Source: an uncultured virus (IMG/VR IMGVR_UViG_3300021958_000021) (Duplodnaviria > Heunggongvirae > Uroviricota > Caudoviricetes). Taken from it: DNA of 64,000 nt. Below the pieces are notes generated by a model that saw only the letters and a list, made by a program, of their open reading frames with translations, did no database searches and was not told the origin of the DNA. The translations under genes were made by a program, and so were the position numbers. Numbering within the stretch: the stretch's first letter is position 1; the number at the start of each line of letters is the position of its first letter. The stretch spans positions 1-64,000 of IMG/VR virus record IMGVR_UViG_3300021958_000021, one strand, 5' to 3'. Shown here in pieces: positions 47,097 to 57,577 of the stretch.

Positions 47097-47690
47097 ATGT
47101 CAGTATTGGCTATTGACCTTGAAACTAAAAATATGTCTTATGACATAGGCGGCTTTGGTAATACCCATATGTTTCAAGTTTCAACCGTTGCTACTTGGGA
47201 CGGTAATACAGGAACAGTTTATGTGGATGAATCCGTTGATTCATTTGCTAAGTCGGGTCATAATATCAAACCCCTATCTGAACTTAAATATGATTTAGAT
47301 AATCATTTTCAAAAGGGAGGGCTATTGTTAGGACATAACATTAAGGCTTTTGATTTACCTGTTCTTCGGGACTCAATGGACATTTATTGCATCAATAAAT
47401 ATATCAAAGAAGAACAGTTTATTGATACTTCAAAAATCCTTATGAAAGAACATGGTGAAAGATTTCAATTAAAAAATCTTGTTAAATGCACTATGAATGA
47501 TTTTAAATTAATGGAAAGTGCCGATGCACCTAGATTATGGAAAATGGGTCAATATGATGAAGTAGTTGAGTATTGTATGAAAGACACACAGTTAGTTTAT
47601 GACCTTTGGAAATACGGACAGAATAACGGTATCGTTAAGGCTTTTTCTTTAGAACATGGAGAACACAAAGATTTGGAGGTGAATTGGTAA
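47097..47690 (+). CDS. DEDD / RNase H-like 3'-5' exonuclease
   Basis: IDLET, GHNIKAFDL, IDT, YCMKD. Confidence 0.85.
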   Translation: MSVLAIDLETKNMSYDIGGFGNTHMFQVSTVATWDGNTGTVYVDESVDSFAKSGHNIKPLSELKYDLDNHFQKGGLLLGHNIKAFDLPVLRDSMDIYCINKYIKEEQFIDTSKILMKEHGERFQLKNLVKCTMNDFKLMESADAPRLWKMGQYDEVVEYCMKDTQLVYDLWKYGQNNGIVKAFSLEHGEHKDLEVNW

Positions 47691-47983
47691 TGACGACTTG
47701 GGAATGGATTGGTTTGATTTTCTTTTTAATCATCTTAATGCTTCTCTTCTTCGCAGCATTCGGTGGAACTAATATCACCGATGAAAGCGTTGAAGAATAC
47801 ATGAAGCGTTTGATGGGCGAAGAGAACCAAAAGTGATTATATGGCTTTAAAACAAGAATGCTTCTATTGTCAAGAAAAGACAGTAGCAAGAAGACTTCTT
47901 GGTTTTTATGTCGGTTCAACAGAACAGACAAAATTATGGGAATGCCGAGCCTGTAAAGCCATTTGGTCGGAAAAAACAAATTG

Positions 47984-48014
47984 AGGGGAGCGTATGCTCC
48001 CTCTCCTTTTTTTT
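47984..48014 (+). terminator. Hairpin plus T-tract at the end of the plus-strand gene block
   Basis: GAGGGGAGC-GTAT-GCTCCCTCTC followed by CTTTTTTTT, at the convergence point. Confidence 0.65.
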
Positions 48015-48174
48015 GGATTTTTTTCTATGGCCTATTTTAAATTCGCTTATTACGAATTTTGTTGGGCTAAATGAGAGCATTTCCGCATTTTAGAAAGGCG
48101 ACCCCCCTTGCATTCAATACCACAATCTCGGCCAATAAATGCAACGCAAAAGTTGGTATTGTTTAGCCAAATAC

Positions 48175-49494
48175 TCACAATTTGTAAGCCATCCATTCAG
48201 TTCCGCTTAAGCATATAACTTCCCAAATATCGCCAGCCGCACCTGTTGGAGTAGTTTGTGATAAAATTTCATAGGGAGTAAATACTGGAGTTCTAGTAAC
48301 ATCATACAATTGGTCACCACTTTGAACATCAATTGTTAAACTTCCTGTTCCAGTAACGGGAAGAATTAATCTGTAAATTTGTCCCGTTCTTGCAGAAGAA
48401 GCAGAAGGCAAATTTAAAGTCAAATTGTTTCCGATAGGGTCTAAAGAAGCAAGAATAATATAATCTTCATCTGTAATATCATAAGTATTAAATGGAGGTG
48501 GGGCGGCCACTTGTTCAACTAAATTCACAACTAAGCCTTTTGTTTTAGAAACGCCACTTACATGAAGTTCTGCATCGGGAGCCGCTACATTGATTCCGAC
48601 ACCATCTTGACTTCCATCAACAACCAACATATTGACATTATTATCAGACTCAACTCTAAAATCAACACTAGCCCCTGCATCATTAAAAACAACATTTCCT
48701 GCAACAGTTAAAGCACCTGTTAAATCTAATGTTGATTCTCCTTCAACTGCTGAAATAGCCCTTGCCCCAGTATGATATAAATTAGTTGAACCTTCGCTTA
48801 AATCATCAGTATCTTTTGTAGCGAGCCTAGTATCAAAGTCTGTATTAAATGAAGTGTATGCGGATAAGTCTGCGATGCTTTGCGGAGTTACAGTTTTTAA
48901 AGTGTTATCTGTTGCGTCTTTAACATATATTCTATCGTTTGTTCCGTCTAAAGTAACATCTGTTGGCCCAGTAACTAAGATACCGTTAGCATCAGCAGTA
49001 ATAGTTCCTTTTTCAGTATAGCCTGAATTATTATAACCAATACTTAGCGAATTTTCAGTTTTATTAACTGTTAAATACTGAATGGGCATAGGATTTGCCC
49101 CATCATATGTAATCATAGCAATAATAGTGTCTCCTGTTGTTATTGAAGGAACTTTTTGATTTGTTTCAGTAGCGGTAGGGGCTCTTAAAACAATATTATT
49201 TGAAGAATTTACAACTAACAAATGATAACCGTTAGTGTATGTGGTAGTTAAGGTTAAACTGGAAGGAGTAGCAACAATTGAAATACTTTTACCATCTCTA
49301 AAAATTACTCCTGATGAAACATCAATAGATGTGGCGGAATTAATCGTGATATTAAATCCACTAATAGCATAATTTTGACCTAATCCATCTGATAAGGCCT
49401 TAATGATTCCCGTATGGGGAAAATCTGTTCCATCAGTAATTTGGTTTGGTGTTCCTGTTGTGCTTTGTCCATAAAAATTTGGGTTATTCACCAT
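48175..49494 (-). CDS. Tail fibre / receptor-binding-like protein
   Basis: T/S/G-rich beta content; TDDLSEGSTNLY and DFRVESD...GVGIN..PDAELHV motifs typical of fibre proteins. Confidence 0.65.
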   Translation of the reverse strand: MVNNPNFYGQSTTGTPNQITDGTDFPHTGIIKALSDGLGQNYAISGFNITINSATSIDVSSGVIFRDGKSISIVATPSSLTLTTTYTNGYHLLVVNSSNNIVLRAPTATETNQKVPSITTGDTIIAMITYDGANPMPIQYLTVNKTENSLSIGYNNSGYTEKGTITADANGILVTGPTDVTLDGTNDRIYVKDATDNTLKTVTPQSIADLSAYTSFNTDFDTRLATKDTDDLSEGSTNLYHTGARAISAVEGESTLDLTGALTVAGNVVFNDAGASVDFRVESDNNVNMLVVDGSQDGVGINVAAPDAELHVSGVSKTKGLVVNLVEQVAAPPPFNTYDITDEDYIILASLDPIGNNLTLNLPSASSARTGQIYRLILPVTGTGSLTIDVQSGDQLYDVTRTPVFTPYEILSQTTPTGAAGDIWEVICLSGTEWMAYKL

Positions 49495-49495
49495 T

Positions 49496-49834
49496 TTACT
49501 CAACCTCCAATAATACAAATAGTTCTAATACTTCAGTAGTAGAGAAAGGGCCGACTCCATCAAAGTTAATTCTATAAACCAAATCGCTTCCATTAAACAA
49601 ACCTAATTCACGAATTACCTTTCCTTGAATAGAGTTACCATCAACACTTACTTTTACTTCTAATACATTCAAATCTGATTTTGTAATAGTAGGTGTTAAA
49701 GTAAGACCTAAAGGAACATCTAAAGAGGTAGCACTAGGGCTAGTTGAATTACCTCCTAATCCTATATCAGCAGAATCAAATAAATTATCTTTAATATAAG
49801 AAGCAACAAGAGTTTTAAGTTCATCTGTTATCAT
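49496..49834 (-). CDS. Small tail/baseplate protein
   Basis: GKVIRELGLF motif resembles tail-collar/fibre attachment domains. Confidence 0.55.
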   Translation of the reverse strand: MITDELKTLVASYIKDNLFDSADIGLGGNSTSPSATSLDVPLGLTLTPTITKSDLNVLEVKVSVDGNSIQGKVIRELGLFNGSDLVYRINFDGVGPFSTTEVLELFVLLEVE

Positions 49835-52800
49835 ATCAAATCTTCCTCCAGTAAATCAGTTATTGTAGTTATTCCTGCATTGAATCCAAATGGTGTTGTA
49901 GCAGTATTGAAGGCCGTTCCAAAACCGAGAGTTGCTCCGCCCGATGATTCCGTCTTGCGAATCTCCAATTTAAGTTCTTTGGTGTCAAGCGTATTAATGA
50001 AATTATATGAAATTTCATTGGAAGTTAATTCATTACTTCTAAGGGCGGCTTTTGTTTCTTTACTAGAAACCAATAATTCTGAAAAAATATCTGACAAATC
50101 TTTACTATATCTTCCTAATTCTAATTTAATGAATCCTTTAAGTTGGTGTTCCATTTCTAATACAATATATTTATTCATTTCAATATTTTCTCTAGGAATA
50201 GATACATTTACAATATCACCCACTCGTAGTTGATTTATTCCTTTATTTTGCATAGTAAATGAAAGTTTCTGATTAAGACTAGAATGAAGGCGTAAAAGTT
50301 TAGTGGCTTTTTTATCTACTTCTTCTTGAGTAATTAAGGTATTATCTACGACTTCTAATGTTTTTCTTCCTCTTTTTTGTATTGAACGCAAGTCTTTACG
50401 AGTTGCTTTGTGAACATTTCCATAAACAATAATTTCATTAAAAAAGTCAAAGAGAGTAGAAACTTTTTCAAAATCACTAATTAAAAAATTATCGCTATCA
50501 TCAATTGTAATATTTGTTTTTACTGAATTTTCATCATCTGGGAAAATTTTAAACACATTATTTTCTTCAATAAGTTTCATTTCTTTTCTATCAAGAATAT
50601 ATCGGATTGCAGAATATAAGTTTATGCCTTGATAGTTAGGTGCTAAATACATCGGAACATCAGTTGAAGTAGTTGTAAATTCAATTCCTTCCTGTTCAAG
50701 CAGTTCATTTATTAAATCTTCGCCTTCAAGACCAATACTTACAGTTGAACCAATACAGGCTCTATTAGCATCAATTTTTACTTCTTGCTTAGATGTAACT
50801 AAAAAGGTTTCAGAAACAGAAACAACTCCATTTAAATTATAAATATTTGAAAAATTTAAAAGTCCTTCGTTATTCATATTTATTTTTATTTTTTTACTAG
50901 TATTTCCGTCACTAATATGCAAATCATGTTCCCCTTCGCTTAAAATATCATCTATAAAGTTATCTACATCTTTTATGACAATTCCATCATCTGATGATTG
51001 TTTATCTAAATCAATAGCAACAAACATAGATAAAATCCCCTCATCTCCAAAGGTATATGTATCTCTGTAATCTGTGGTTTCTTTCAAAAGGTAATTATCT
51101 TTAATATTATAAATTTCATTTTTATTTGCTATTTTAGTATATTTATTATTTAAAGTATTTAGTTCAATATCTTTAGGGAAAAAAGAATATGAAAAAGTTT
51201 CATTTGGTTGTAAGATACGATAATTTGTTTCATAACTTAATTCAATATCTGTAATTAAGTGAAAGTGATTATCTGTTGTATTATCTGGTTCATGAGAAAT
51301 AACATAAATTAGTTCCTCTGTTCTTAAACCATTAACGCTCCTTGAATCAGCACTATTGGCGATACTAGATTCAAACAATTGTCCTTTTTCTGCTACAAGA
51401 TAACAACCTGTTAAATCAATAAATTTTAAAAATGAATTTGCATGACTTTGGTTACTAGTGCATCTAATAATTGCTTTGTAAATATTACCGTTTGATGAAG
51501 AAATTGTTGTAGAAGATTGTAAAATGGGATTAGTTTCAGTAGAAGCGTCAATTTTTAATATAGGTTTAAAAACCATATATGCCCCATCAATTCCTTGACT
51601 ATCATAATTAGTAGTAGAAGTTGATTTTTCTGTTATACTATCATAAGACTTAAAGTGTTCACTTGTTTTAAGAACAAGTCCTTCATAAGAACTGGGTGAA
51701 CCCGCAGTATCTTGATGATAACCTCCACCAATAATAGAAGAAGTGGTAGCCCCTACATGAGCAGGATATTTTCCACCATCTTCAATACTAAATCTATCTA
51801 AAACAACTCCTTTCATATTATTATATGTATTTTGATGGCTAAGAAAATCATGCAATACTTTTAACTCATAACCATCATATGAATTACTAAACCCTAAGTG
51901 AATATAAATAGGAAGAATTATTTCGGAATCTGTTGCTAAAGAAACAACACCAGTTGCTTGAGGAATAATTACTGTTTTTAAAGGATGAGGAGTAGAATCT
52001 AAATTGTCGAATTTATATGAATTAACTTTGTTTCTTCCTTTAATTTCTTTTTGAGTGGTAGTTATTTTAACACACGAAGTCGCAATAGAACCATTATCTG
52101 TTAAATAAATAAGAGTAGAAGTGTTATAAGTAGAACCTGAAACAAATGAGTCTATTTTACAAATATAATTTCCATTAGTGTCATAAATTTCATCTCCGCT
52201 ACTTAAAGCGGGACTAGGGTTAGTAACAAAAGTAATAGTTGAAGAAGTTACCGAAGAAATATCAGGCAATACTACAACATCAAACGCTAAGGGAATATCT
52301 GCATATCCTCTTGTTTTTTCTTTTAAGTTTTTTTCTGGATTAACAGGATTAAAAAAACAATCATAACAAACTTCTGTTAATCTCATTAAACCAAATCTTT
52401 TGATAGAAGAAATATCTAAATCACTATTAAAATTAAGGTCTTGGAAATTAGCATCAGATAATTGTTCATTAGTATTTACCAAAAATAAATTATAGTTGTT
52501 TAAGTTTTTGTTTCCCGACATAAGACTATCTGTTCTTTTTGAAGAGTATGGTAATAAATCATAATTAACATACAAAAATAGTCTTTGGGCAGAATCATCT
52601 AAAAAGGTATGACTTCTACTAATTAATCCTAATTTATAATCATATTTTATGAAAGCATTTTTTGTTCGGGTTTTATCAATTCTAACATCAGTTAAGTTAG
52701 AACCATAAGTGCTAGTTTGTGCCCTATAATCAATAGAAAAGGTTCTAAAGGCTGAGTCTGTTTTATCCCAGTTAATTATATTATTAGTTTCAGAATAAGG

Positions 52801-55776
52801 AGATACTCGGTAAGCACTTGTTAAATAATTTCTTTTTGAAGGAGAGTCATATAATTTTCTATCTGCTTGGTTAGATGAGGTCATATTTCCTACATTAGAA
52901 CCAAAATTTCCTTTAGAAAATTTAATAGGGTGATAAATAAAATTTCCATATTTATTGCTATAGTGTCCAGAACCATTTGTATTTTCAATATTAAATCCTA
53001 TTGTGCCTAAAGAAGAATCATTTTTTGGATGAATTAATCCTATTGTTTTGCCGCCCCATAAATGTTCACCGTTAATTGTAGCAACATTATGTATTTTAAC
53101 ATTAGCAGTATAAATTTTTGAACTTAAAGGTATATCGCCAACTGCTCTATCTAAGTAGACATTAAAAACACTTCCAGAAGAACTGGTTAGATTAACTATT
53201 TCTAATACTTTTCCTATGTAAATTTTATTTTCTCCCATAAATAAAGGAGTATCTTTTATTAATGTATATGCTGTTGAAGAGGTTGTAGTAAAAACAAAAT
53301 CATTTGTTCCTGCTTGACTTGCAGAAATAGTTGCTACTTCAGTAAAAGTGTATTCATTTTTATAGTCATGATATTCGGCTAATCTTCCTAAAGTGATTGG
53401 AATATATGGAGATAATTCTAATTGGGTAATATTTTCTTTTTTTGTGATAGAAACTACTTCAAAATCAATTAAGGTATTAATGGTATCAAAATTAGAATAA
53501 GCATCTGTTCCATGCTCATCCTTTAATCTAGTTTGAAAATTTAAATCATTAGATATAGAAGAAGGTGAATTAATAGCGTAGCCTATTGCCTGTGAACCAG
53601 AATTAGAACTTGTCCCTACTAATGCATTTTCTTCAACTCCTGTTAAAATATTAATTTCATTTCCAGACTTAAAAACTAAACCCTTATTTGCAGAACCCGT
53701 AAGAGTGCTGGGTTTTATGCTATCTAAGTGTGATGCTCCTAATGCCTTTGATAATATATAATTTTTTACATTTCTATTAACAAAAATTTCTCCAGAATAA
53801 GCAATATTATCTGTCGTTTTTAAATAAATTTTGTATGTTATTCCAGTAATTAGTTCAACAGTTTGGACTTCCCCAATATAAATATCAGTAGTAAAAAGAT
53901 AATCTCCTACTACTGGTAATTGATTTAAGGAAGTAGTTCCCGTTGAAATCAACCTATCGCCCTTTGAAGCATCGTCAGTAGCCGCCACACTAAATGAAGT
54001 TGATGTTTTAATAGAAGTTAATTGGTTATAATAACTTTTAGTAGAATAAATAATATCTTCGCTAAACAAAGTATTTAAATTTACAACAGGAGAAAGTAAT
54101 TTGCTAAATTTATCTCTGCCTTGAATTTCCATAATAGTTTGTCCATCTTCTTTTCTGCTTTCAATATTTTCAACTTCACCGTTAAATCTCTCAATAAAAA
54201 TTTGATATTGTCCTTTAGTAAAACTTAAAGCGTTAGAGGTATATGAATCATCATCAAAAGATAAAGTAATCATTCCTTTAACTGCATCACAAGCAGTAAT
54301 TGTAGCAAACCTTTCATTATGATTTAATGATGTAAAAGAAACATACATCTTGCTAAACCTTCCATTCAGTAGTGAAATATCAAGCATAAGTGTCCCATTT
54401 GTTGCGTTATATGCTCGCCGTTGAAGCACATCTCCGCTTGATGGGGTCGTTGCTGATGAAGCAAAAACTCCCTCGCTCTCGGTTCTCACATAGGGGTCTG
54501 TGCCGTCATTCTCAACTGTGATTGTTTGGGTATTTCCCGACAGGGAACCAAAGTCCTCAATGATGAAAATATTGTTTCCTAATTTAATTTCATCTCCATC
54601 ATTTAATACATCTTCTAAATCATATTCTGTATCAAAGGTATATACATTACCTGAATTAGAACTATAAGTAGCCTTAAGAGAAAAGAAACTATTTAATTCA
54701 CCACGATGAATATTATGCCTTACCCTATAACTATAAAACTCTTTAATTTTACTAGGCATAATTCTTGCATTATCAATAATTAAAGTTTCCGCAAATCCTC
54801 CCTTTCCATCAATAGATTCAGTATTAGTGTGCTCAAATACATTATACAAAATATTTGATTTTGTAGGAGAATAATCATAATGTAAATATCTAGTAGGGCC
54901 AATATAATTAGGAGAATTAATTTCATCATCTAATATTCTGTTAGCATTAATATAAGTTTGATTAAAAACAGTAGTGTCTGCAACCCCTGTTCTGCCTTCA
55001 TTTGAAGTATAATTGCTGGCTTGAAGAGAATCCAATTCTTCTAACTTATCTGTTAATTTAACTCTATGAGAAAATTTACTGTAATCAACAATTATATTAC
55101 CAAAATCCTGAAGAGTCACAAATGTTTTTGATGGGTCTGTATTGTCCAAAGTATAAGAATTAGCCGTTCCGCATTCTCTAACAGCATAATATTTTGTATT
55201 ATGATTTAGTTCATTGGGTTTATCTAACCCGTCATAAAAATAAAAGTGTGGCCGAGCAACCACCATTCTTCTCGCTAATTCATCCACTAGGTCTGCTGAA
55301 TTATCTTGAAGTAATCCCAAAGAAATAGCAACAACATTTGTATTTTTAACCATTTCAAAAATAATGAATTTAGTATCTTTAGGGATTTCATTTCCCAATT
55401 TTGGTGTAAATTCAAAAGCATCTCCTTCTTCATCTTCTGTTTTTACTTCAGTAATTTTAGCAAAATGATGTTGAAATGGACTATCTGAATATAATAAGAC
55501 AAAATAATCATTTGTGTTTAGTTGTAATTCACTAGGATTAAATCTAATTCCCTCGCTAGTTAGTGAATTAAAGCATTTGATTCTAAATCCTTTCGTTGTG
55601 TTTAGATTAGAATATTCTGAAACAGTTCCTCCCCATCCTTGAATAGAAATAGATGGGTTTCCAATAGATGTAATTGCAGTATAAATTCTATCTCCATCTG
55701 AAAAATCAGAAGTAGAAGAAGTCAATTGAGGATTTGTTGGTGCATTAAAATCATCACCTTGAATATTCAAACTCAT
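49831..55776 (-). CDS. Large tail tip / hub (host-specificity) protein
   Basis: 1981 aa; IQGRDKFSKLL and LRVGDIVNV tail-hub-like motifs flanking a long variable region. Confidence 0.65.
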   Translation of the reverse strand: MSLNIQGDDFNAPTNPQLTSSTSDFSDGDRIYTAITSIGNPSISIQGWGGTVSEYSNLNTTKGFRIKCFNSLTSEGIRFNPSELQLNTNDYFVLLYSDSPFQHHFAKITEVKTEDEEGDAFEFTPKLGNEIPKDTKFIIFEMVKNTNVVAISLGLLQDNSADLVDELARRMVVARPHFYFYDGLDKPNELNHNTKYYAVRECGTANSYTLDNTDPSKTFVTLQDFGNIIVDYSKFSHRVKLTDKLEELDSLQASNYTSNEGRTGVADTTVFNQTYINANRILDDEINSPNYIGPTRYLHYDYSPTKSNILYNVFEHTNTESIDGKGGFAETLIIDNARIMPSKIKEFYSYRVRHNIHRGELNSFFSLKATYSSNSGNVYTFDTEYDLEDVLNDGDEIKLGNNIFIIEDFGSLSGNTQTITVENDGTDPYVRTESEGVFASSATTPSSGDVLQRRAYNATNGTLMLDISLLNGRFSKMYVSFTSLNHNERFATITACDAVKGMITLSFDDDSYTSNALSFTKGQYQIFIERFNGEVENIESRKEDGQTIMEIQGRDKFSKLLSPVVNLNTLFSEDIIYSTKSYYNQLTSIKTSTSFSVAATDDASKGDRLISTGTTSLNQLPVVGDYLFTTDIYIGEVQTVELITGITYKIYLKTTDNIAYSGEIFVNRNVKNYILSKALGASHLDSIKPSTLTGSANKGLVFKSGNEINILTGVEENALVGTSSNSGSQAIGYAINSPSSISNDLNFQTRLKDEHGTDAYSNFDTINTLIDFEVVSITKKENITQLELSPYIPITLGRLAEYHDYKNEYTFTEVATISASQAGTNDFVFTTTSSTAYTLIKDTPLFMGENKIYIGKVLEIVNLTSSSGSVFNVYLDRAVGDIPLSSKIYTANVKIHNVATINGEHLWGGKTIGLIHPKNDSSLGTIGFNIENTNGSGHYSNKYGNFIYHPIKFSKGNFGSNVGNMTSSNQADRKLYDSPSKRNYLTSAYRVSPYSETNNIINWDKTDSAFRTFSIDYRAQTSTYGSNLTDVRIDKTRTKNAFIKYDYKLGLISRSHTFLDDSAQRLFLYVNYDLLPYSSKRTDSLMSGNKNLNNYNLFLVNTNEQLSDANFQDLNFNSDLDISSIKRFGLMRLTEVCYDCFFNPVNPEKNLKEKTRGYADIPLAFDVVVLPDISSVTSSTITFVTNPSPALSSGDEIYDTNGNYICKIDSFVSGSTYNTSTLIYLTDNGSIATSCVKITTTQKEIKGRNKVNSYKFDNLDSTPHPLKTVIIPQATGVVSLATDSEIILPIYIHLGFSNSYDGYELKVLHDFLSHQNTYNNMKGVVLDRFSIEDGGKYPAHVGATTSSIIGGGYHQDTAGSPSSYEGLVLKTSEHFKSYDSITEKSTSTTNYDSQGIDGAYMVFKPILKIDASTETNPILQSSTTISSSNGNIYKAIIRCTSNQSHANSFLKFIDLTGCYLVAEKGQLFESSIANSADSRSVNGLRTEELIYVISHEPDNTTDNHFHLITDIELSYETNYRILQPNETFSYSFFPKDIELNTLNNKYTKIANKNEIYNIKDNYLLKETTDYRDTYTFGDEGILSMFVAIDLDKQSSDDGIVIKDVDNFIDDILSEGEHDLHISDGNTSKKIKINMNNEGLLNFSNIYNLNGVVSVSETFLVTSKQEVKIDANRACIGSTVSIGLEGEDLINELLEQEGIEFTTTSTDVPMYLAPNYQGINLYSAIRYILDRKEMKLIEENNVFKIFPDDENSVKTNITIDDSDNFLISDFEKVSTLFDFFNEIIVYGNVHKATRKDLRSIQKRGRKTLEVVDNTLITQEEVDKKATKLLRLHSSLNQKLSFTMQNKGINQLRVGDIVNVSIPRENIEMNKYIVLEMEHQLKGFIKLELGRYSKDLSDIFSELLVSSKETKAALRSNELTSNEISYNFINTLDTKELKLEIRKTESSGGATLGFGTAFNTATTPFGFNAGITTITDLLEEDLI

Positions 55777-56945
55777 TCGTCCACCTCCTCAAATCGCAAA
55801 TATAAAACAGTATTGTTATAGTTCGGCATTAAGTTGTTAATAGCAGAAAATTCAGTTTTACGAATATTCATAATACTAAGTTCATGCAGTTCACCCATAA
55901 ATTGATTATTAGTTGTGGCTGAATTAGCACCCGTTGTTCCACTACCATTTGCACCAATATAAAAATCCTCTGCTTCCATTGAGAATGAATCTGTTTGAGT
56001 ATGAGTTCCACTTTTAACTATTCTTCCGTTAAAAAAGATAAGTATTTCTTTATTTGTATTATCCCAAGAACAACCAATATGATAAGTGTTATTAATATAA
56101 CTAGGTTCTTGAATGTTTTTTATATACAAAATATCACCACTATTAATACTAATAGGTGAGTCAGCAGACAAAGTAATAACACTTCCTGTAAAAGAATCAA
56201 TTGTTCCAATAGAAACAAATTCAGCATCTTGCCGAACAAATAGTTCAGCATTATCAAAAAGAGTTGAATAACCTGCGCTATAATTTACTGTTGTTCCCGA
56301 AGAACCACTTCCAGCAATTGAGTTTCTTCTATATAGCATCTTACCATCAGTATCAAAGCCCTGTAAATCAGCAGTTGTTTGATATTTGTATTGACTACCT
56401 TCATTTGGTAAAATAACTGCATTACTTGTAAAGTATTCCATCGGTGCAGTTCCTAATTTAATTCCTACTTTAATTTTATATCTTGCTGGATTATTTTCAT
56501 TATGTAGAGTATCATTAACTAAACTAATTTGAAAATTAGTGCTATGAAAAATTCTCATCTCATGGTTAATACGATTCGCTCTTGGTAAATATAGTTCACT
56601 TTCATGATTAGTATGAGTTGAAGCAGTATATATTGATTCTTCTAAAGCAGACATGATTTTTTTACTATTTGAAACAATTCCTATTCCATCAGTATGGGTT
56701 TCTTTAGTTAAATTACCTGTTTCGGGAATTGCTATATCTCCGCTTGCACTATGAGTCCCATAGCCATTAATTTCATAAGGAGTTAATACACATTCAAAAG
56801 TAAAATTATCATCTAAGTCCCAAACACCGTAAGAAATACCTGTTCCTGAAGCAATATTATCTGAGTAGTCTAAAGTCAAAAAACCGTTACACATAACTGG
56901 AAAAACAAGCGAGCGTTGTTTTCCTGTGAAGATAGCATAAGACAT
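55773..56945 (-). CDS. Tail protein with LamG/concanavalin-like domain
   Basis: FTFEC...YHIGCSWD...IFFNG...FYIGA...FMGELHELSI...LYLRFEE. Confidence 0.7.
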   Translation of the reverse strand: MSYAIFTGKQRSLVFPVMCNGFLTLDYSDNIASGTGISYGVWDLDDNFTFECVLTPYEINGYGTHSASGDIAIPETGNLTKETHTDGIGIVSNSKKIMSALEESIYTASTHTNHESELYLPRANRINHEMRIFHSTNFQISLVNDTLHNENNPARYKIKVGIKLGTAPMEYFTSNAVILPNEGSQYKYQTTADLQGFDTDGKMLYRRNSIAGSGSSGTTVNYSAGYSTLFDNAELFVRQDAEFVSIGTIDSFTGSVITLSADSPISINSGDILYIKNIQEPSYINNTYHIGCSWDNTNKEILIFFNGRIVKSGTHTQTDSFSMEAEDFYIGANGSGTTGANSATTNNQFMGELHELSIMNIRKTEFSAINNLMPNYNNTVLYLRFEEVDE

Positions 56946-56954
56946 TTTTACACC

Positions 56955-57572
56955 TCAAGGAAGAACAGTTGCTACGACAAACTCCATTGTAAAGGAAACT
57001 TCAACAGTTTCTCCACTCATGTCATAAGAAAAATTTTGAACAAATCCTGAAAGACCTGAAGAAGTTGAGGAAGTAGGAAATGGTTTAGCCAAAACAACAT
57101 TTGTGTTATCTTTTTCTAAACCAATACCTCTTGAAGCAAAGGTTAAAGGAATGTTTCTTTCAGCAACTTGTGAGTAGTTTTCATCCACCATTGAAGGAAT
57201 CAAAACGACTAATTCGTTAATTGCTTGATAAGAAGCCAGACCTGTTGAATCAACACCAGACGCAATCATTTGAGCCAATTCTTGAGGAGTAAAATTAAGA
57301 GAGTCTGGAATGCTTCCTGTTTTTGTGTGTGTTCTTTGAATATTAGTTTCAGTAATAAATCCATTTAAAGTGATTCGTTTATTTGACATACCTAAATCTA
57401 AAGCGACTGTTGCAGATTCTCCTGTTGCTAACCCACTTAAAGGAACAGGAATAGCAGGAATCGTTTTATCAACAGAAACGCTAACAGTATTTACTCTCAA
57501 AGGAATAGTATCAATAGAAGCACTACTTCCCGAATGGTTTTGCAGTTTTAAATAAACGAAATAGTCTGGCAT
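56955..57572 (-). CDS. Distal tail-like protein
   Basis: Directly downstream of the tape measure gene; ALDLG...ITLNG, FSY...FTMEF. Confidence 0.55.
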   Translation of the reverse strand: MPDYFVYLKLQNHSGSSASIDTIPLRVNTVSVSVDKTIPAIPVPLSGLATGESATVALDLGMSNKRITLNGFITETNIQRTHTKTGSIPDSLNFTPQELAQMIASGVDSTGLASYQAINELVVLIPSMVDENYSQVAERNIPLTFASRGIGLEKDNTNVVLAKPFPTSSTSSGLSGFVQNFSYDMSGETVEVSFTMEFVVATVLP

Positions 57573-57577
57573 TTATA